Positions 59,051-64,000 of a stretch of DNA of 64,000 nt are shown piece by piece (positions within the stretch are counted from its first letter, which is position 1; each line of letters opens with the position of its first letter). Position numbers and translations under genes: made by a program. The notes under the pieces are model-generated. The model saw only the letters and a list, made by a program, of their open reading frames with translations. It searched no databases and was not told the origin of the DNA. Origin of the DNA: Bugula neritina (taxonomy: Eukaryota > Animalia > Bryozoa); contig OZ037770.1 in NCBI GenBank assembly GCA_964035545.1, forward strand, positions 10,546,973 through 10,610,972, given 5' to 3'.

Positions 59051-61096
59051 ATCACTATCAGTAGCAAATAAATAATTTTATATTTGTTATTAGTTACTAC
59101 TTATAAAAATTGAGTGCCACAGCTTGAGGGTTATAAAGTCAGTCTTAGTCAATGTAATGGGGATGCTGATACTGACATTTGGCTTTGAGCTCATAGTTAA
59201 ATTGCTAACAACTATACCTAAGGATAACAGGAGTATTAAAATGTTAATTTATAAGGATTATAACCTTAGAGTGGAGATATTATTCTCAATTTATTTAGTT
59301 TTTACTTTACTAACTTTTATTTTATTCATCAACCTTACTGTCTATTTAAATAGCAAACTAAAGAATAATTATGAAGGCCTTTGAATTGAAGTACTTTTCT
59401 GTAGCTGATTAGATTTCAAGTATTAAAATAACATACTAAGACAGAATACCATTATATGAGCTAGATTAATAAAGTAAAGAAGATTTCTTTGTTAATCAAA
59501 ATATAGGTGTCACATATGCCTATTTTTAAGATTATGTTCTTATATGTGCTGTCTTTTTAATATTTTTAAAGTGCTACATTTTGAGGGTAGCCTACATCAA
59601 TATGACTGCCCTGTAATTGCTTGTCAACTATAAGAGTTAGACCTATAAACTGTCTCATTTTCAAATTATCTTTACTTTTCTAATTGATGTTAACATGACT
59701 ATTCCTATTAGTATTTTGGTGTTTACCATTAGTAATGTTTGAAGTAACATCAATATCATTGTTAATTTGTCTAATTATTCAAATTTTAATATTCATCATT
59801 TGTGAACAGTAATAAAATTTTGTCTTTCTTAAATTAATGTGATGCTAGATTAGCTACTCTAGCAAGTGTGTATTGTGCAATGAGTACTAATGCCATATTT
59901 TTGCACTTCTTGTTCTATATAATTTAGATTTAAGGTAACAATTCCTAAAGCTATCACATAATGCTGCTATCAGTTATAAAGATGTCACTGATCTAAACAT
60001 TGAAAACCAGCTGAGTGCATGCAAGGTTGAAAACTTATTTTCTCTGGTTAGGTAAGTAGAAAGGTATTTGCTGTAATTTACAACTATTTTGTTTTCAACA
60101 TCCTTGATGTTCATCTCTAAAAGATAAGTAGCACATAATGATACCTGTTTTACTTAGCAGAAGAAATTATTGTCAAAGCTCTATTACTACATTTTAAATT
60201 GTATGACACTCTTTTGACTACATTTGATTTCATATCTCAAATAATTATATTTCTGACTCATGAAACTGTAACCACACACTTGAGAACAAAATAAATAATG
60301 ATATGGAAGCTTTCTTTAACTTTGTCAATTTAGTCAACAGCCAATGACTGAAAACATGTTTTGTACACTATTGATTGCCTCTCTATTTCCGCTATAAGGC
60401 AGAAATTTTAATCTCAAAATTTAAGACACTGGCAATTCTTCCCAATAATACGTTGTTCAAAACAAATATTTTTTGCCAAGTAATATAGTATTTAATTATA
60501 TTTTTTAGTCAAAGAAATTTGTTTGGTTTCTTGTGTCATCTTGAATAGGTTGTTATTCATTATCTTTTTTTTCGTGTTATGGCTATGAGTGTATATAACC
60601 TTTGCTGACAGGTTTTTCCCCCATCACTATATGTTTCTCTGTTTACTCTCTAACAGTTTTATTTCTGTTCATTTTTTAGAGTTTACTAAAATGACATGGG
60701 TGTGCTTTGTTGTGGCTCCTAATTGAGCGCATCCGTTGAGATTATTGGAAGTTTTGTTGAAACTGAGCTGAGGCCTCTTACTCCTAAAGGCAAGAATTTG
60801 AGTCATCTTAGCTACTTGTAGCATATCAACATCGAACAGCACCATTCCACTACTCTAAGCTTAAGGTTTTGGCTGCATTAGATCAACAGGTAAGTTTAAT
60901 AGTTTGTATTTCGTACACTATTTCATGATGTCTGTTCAGCATTTACTTGGTAGCACACATTTATAGATTTTGCATTCTTTTAGTTTTTTGCAGTACAACT
61001 TTTCTACGCAACTATTACACTGTTGTTGCTGTTAATTGTAGTTTATTCTGCTTGACCATGCAATTATTGAATTATGTTGCAAAGGTGATTGAGTCC

Positions 61097-61480
61097 TTTT
61101 ATTTAATTTAGTACACACTGGAAATCTGCAGTTTTTAGCCATTTTTACATTTTAGCTGCTAATGAACAATGCTTTTTGCTTAAAATTAGTGAGACATCAA
61201 GAAATACACCTAAATAATCAAGGTTCTTCTTAATTTTGCATGATTTCTCATGTTTTTTCCTATTTATTCATTTCATTTGGATTGCCTACTGTTACAAACT
61301 AACCGTGGCGATCCCCAGTCAGAAGTTGCTGTAATTAGAAAAAAAGCATAGGAAATCAAAGAAAATTAAAAAGAGCCTTGATTATTTAGGTGTATTTATT
61401 GATATTTTTTTAGTTTCGGGCCAAAACTCATGTTCATTAGCAAAAACTTGAGATCTTCAGTATGTACTAACTTAAATAAA
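61097..61480. mobile_element. Foldback/MITE-like element with long imperfect inverted arms
   Basis: ttttatttaatttagtacacactg...aaatacacctaaataatcaagg is reverse-complementary to ccttgattatttaggtgtattt...cagtatgtactaacttaaataaaa. Confidence 0.75.
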
Positions 61481-64000
61481 ATGAACCAATTGCAGTAGAT
61501 TTCTGCATTTTCTAATACTTCTTAAATTTATACCTAAAATAGTGCTGTCTTAAGAAAATGACACTAGCTGCTGTTTTCATGTATGTGCCCCAATTGTATA
61601 TAATGCTGTTGATTTGTTTAGTGCTTTTTCTATTTGTTTGTTATATAACTTTTCTTTTATGGTTGTTGCCAGCACCTAAAGCATTATTCATTATATAGTG
61701 TCAATTAATTTCTACTCACAGTTTTACTGTTACATAGTTTATAAAGCCCTTGTGTCAACTTTTCTAGATATCCTGGTTAAAATTGTTCTACTTGATGAAT
61801 GGCATAGGGCATATGCAATAGCAAAACAGTTGCAGGCTGTTTTGGAAAAAAAATTGTGCATATAACCTTTATTTTATACATGTTATTTAGGCTTTGGTAG
61901 AACTGTTGGAGAGCCTTCCTCTTGAATAAAGCTACTCAACTTCCCGGATTCTACTTTATTGACATTAACCCACTACCTACAAAACGCCTTGAAATTTAGC
62001 TAATAAATTATGTATTTTGTGATTTTTTTTAAATGTACAATGTTATGTATAAATTACAATCAGTTTATATATATATACATGTCTTTTACTACTTAGTATT
62101 ACGGTGTAAAAAGCATTTCAGGGTTAACAATTTAATTAATTGGCCCAAACAGTAATTATGTATAATACAGATTTGCAGATGCTTTAAATGAACCCAAAAA
62201 GCTGATGTTGTTAAACAGTGTACAAAATAGTCACCTCATATCAGCCAGACATGCTTAGTCATTACCTAGCATTAAAATCATATTATGAATGCAGTCAAGT
62301 TTTGATATGCATCCCTATTATTGATAGTTTGTGAACCAGCAATTAAATATCAAGAAGCAATATTACTAACCAATGTGCTGGTTAAAGAGTTTCAAGTTGT
62401 AGTTATAGTATCAAACTATTATAATGGCATAAAAACTATCAGTTAAAACATCTTATTAATATTTACTACAGGAATACATATTATAGGTGTGCTAAAAATC
62501 TGGTAGAAGCATCAATTATTTTAGATGTTTTGGATTTAGTATCTCTGTACTATAATGTAATATACAGAACATCAGGTGCTGTCTCCACAGTGCATTGATG
62601 GCACTAATGAATATTAATACATGCAGGCAGTGTTGGTAATGATTTATTGAAATAGGAGTTTAAAAACTGTTTAAACAACAATGAAAAGCCTGAGATTAGT
62701 CCAAGGAGAGGGGTATTTCAAGCTAGCAGATGAGCAATATAGATGCGAAAGTCTTGCCTAAAAATCATTATTGTTATATCTAGTCATTAATTTCTTGCAA
62801 TAGATCTATTTCACTATTGAGAAGAACAAAATTAGCTAGTAAACACTGTAATAGAGTCAAGGCACTTTGGCAGTGCTAGTTTAAAATAAACCTGGGATAG
62901 TCGAATAGCAGAAGTACTTTTTGATGCATAATATAATTATGTACAGCTTAAGATTTTGCAATACTGTGTTTTCAGTGCGATATTAATTTCAATAGCTACA
63001 TTAAAATAATGTACAATTCTAGCAAGTGATGCAAAATCTTCTAAGATGCTATGACTGTAGCAGTTTGCTACTAGTCTCAAGTAACAAACCAAATAGCCTT
63101 TCTTTGTGCCATCATCCAAATGCCAAACAAATAACTCATTCACTCTGTAACAACAAGGTGGTCTCCCAAGTAGATTGTTAGACATTTCAGGCATTAATAA
63201 CCAAAAGCTTTTCACTTTGGCATAATTGTATAGTTACCCAGCTAAATAAATAATGTATTCATGGTATTGTAATTCCAAGCCATGCATTTATCTGTGAATG
63301 CAGCTAAGTATTTAATACGGCCATATATTTATGTACTATGTAGCAATGCCTAATGTAGCTGTCAAGCTTCTACTTATACTCATTTTACTGATGCTTTACT
63401 TCTGATTACATGATTACAAACATAGCAGTTCAAACAAAATTATTTTAGATAGGAATAAATATAATGCTCCTAGCAAATGTTGTAAAACTATTTTCCAAAA
63501 ACATATACTTTGCAAAAAAACTTTTCAGAAAGTTATAATGCATTTATCATATTATTGTTTCATTTAAAAGTTATAATGATAGAATATTATACTTAAAACA
63601 CACTCAAATTTTTAGATTCTTGTAATATTGTTAAACAAGAGTTAACAGTAAGATTGGCTGTAGAGTAGAATGTTTAGCTGTTTGTACTGAAGCTAACAAG
63701 TAACTGGCATTAAAAAGAGATGTAGATAAAAAGTGACAGAATAACAACTGGCTTGTATATTGGTAGTGCAAAAAGCTGTATATAACAGTTTAAACAAATA
63801 CCCATTAGAATAAATGGTAACCCAGTACTTAAAATGTGGTATGTCATAATACATATTTGTGGTGTATTGACTAGGCTAGATCAACACATAGCACTATATA
63901 ATTGCTTTAGTATTTACAATTAGTTTGTGGTCTGGTGGAATTTGTTGATAGCCATTGTCTTTATTAACATAACAGTTTCATAAAATTAGCAGTTTTCCTT

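Overview
AT-rich, intron-containing animal (probably invertebrate) genomic DNA. I built gene models by hand from GT-AG sites and phase continuity. The main feature is a cluster of secreted genes encoding signal peptide + PAN/Apple domain + Thr-rich mucin stalk + divergent F5/8-type (F-type lectin-like) domain. Two intact minus-strand copies (3715-6457, 12418-14793), the 3' end of a plus-strand copy (61-1441) and a 5'-truncated pseudogene (8386-10460) lie within an ~8.3 kb tandem duplication. A PAN+stalk-only relative lies at 35.5-36.6 kb. Other genes are a coiled-coil gene, a divergent 5-exon class A GPCR, an orphan Cys-rich secreted pro-protein missed by the ORF track, and an MS4A/CD20-like tetraspan gene. 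Mobile DNA includes a decayed R4/Dong-type RLE retrotransposon in a (TAA)n site, many tRNA-derived SINEs, several MITE families and a LINE 3' fragment. A minimal type I hammerhead ribozyme (2985-3027, minus strand) sits next to a (TA)n tract inside a TIR element. All family assignments come from motif recognition by eye, not from database searches.
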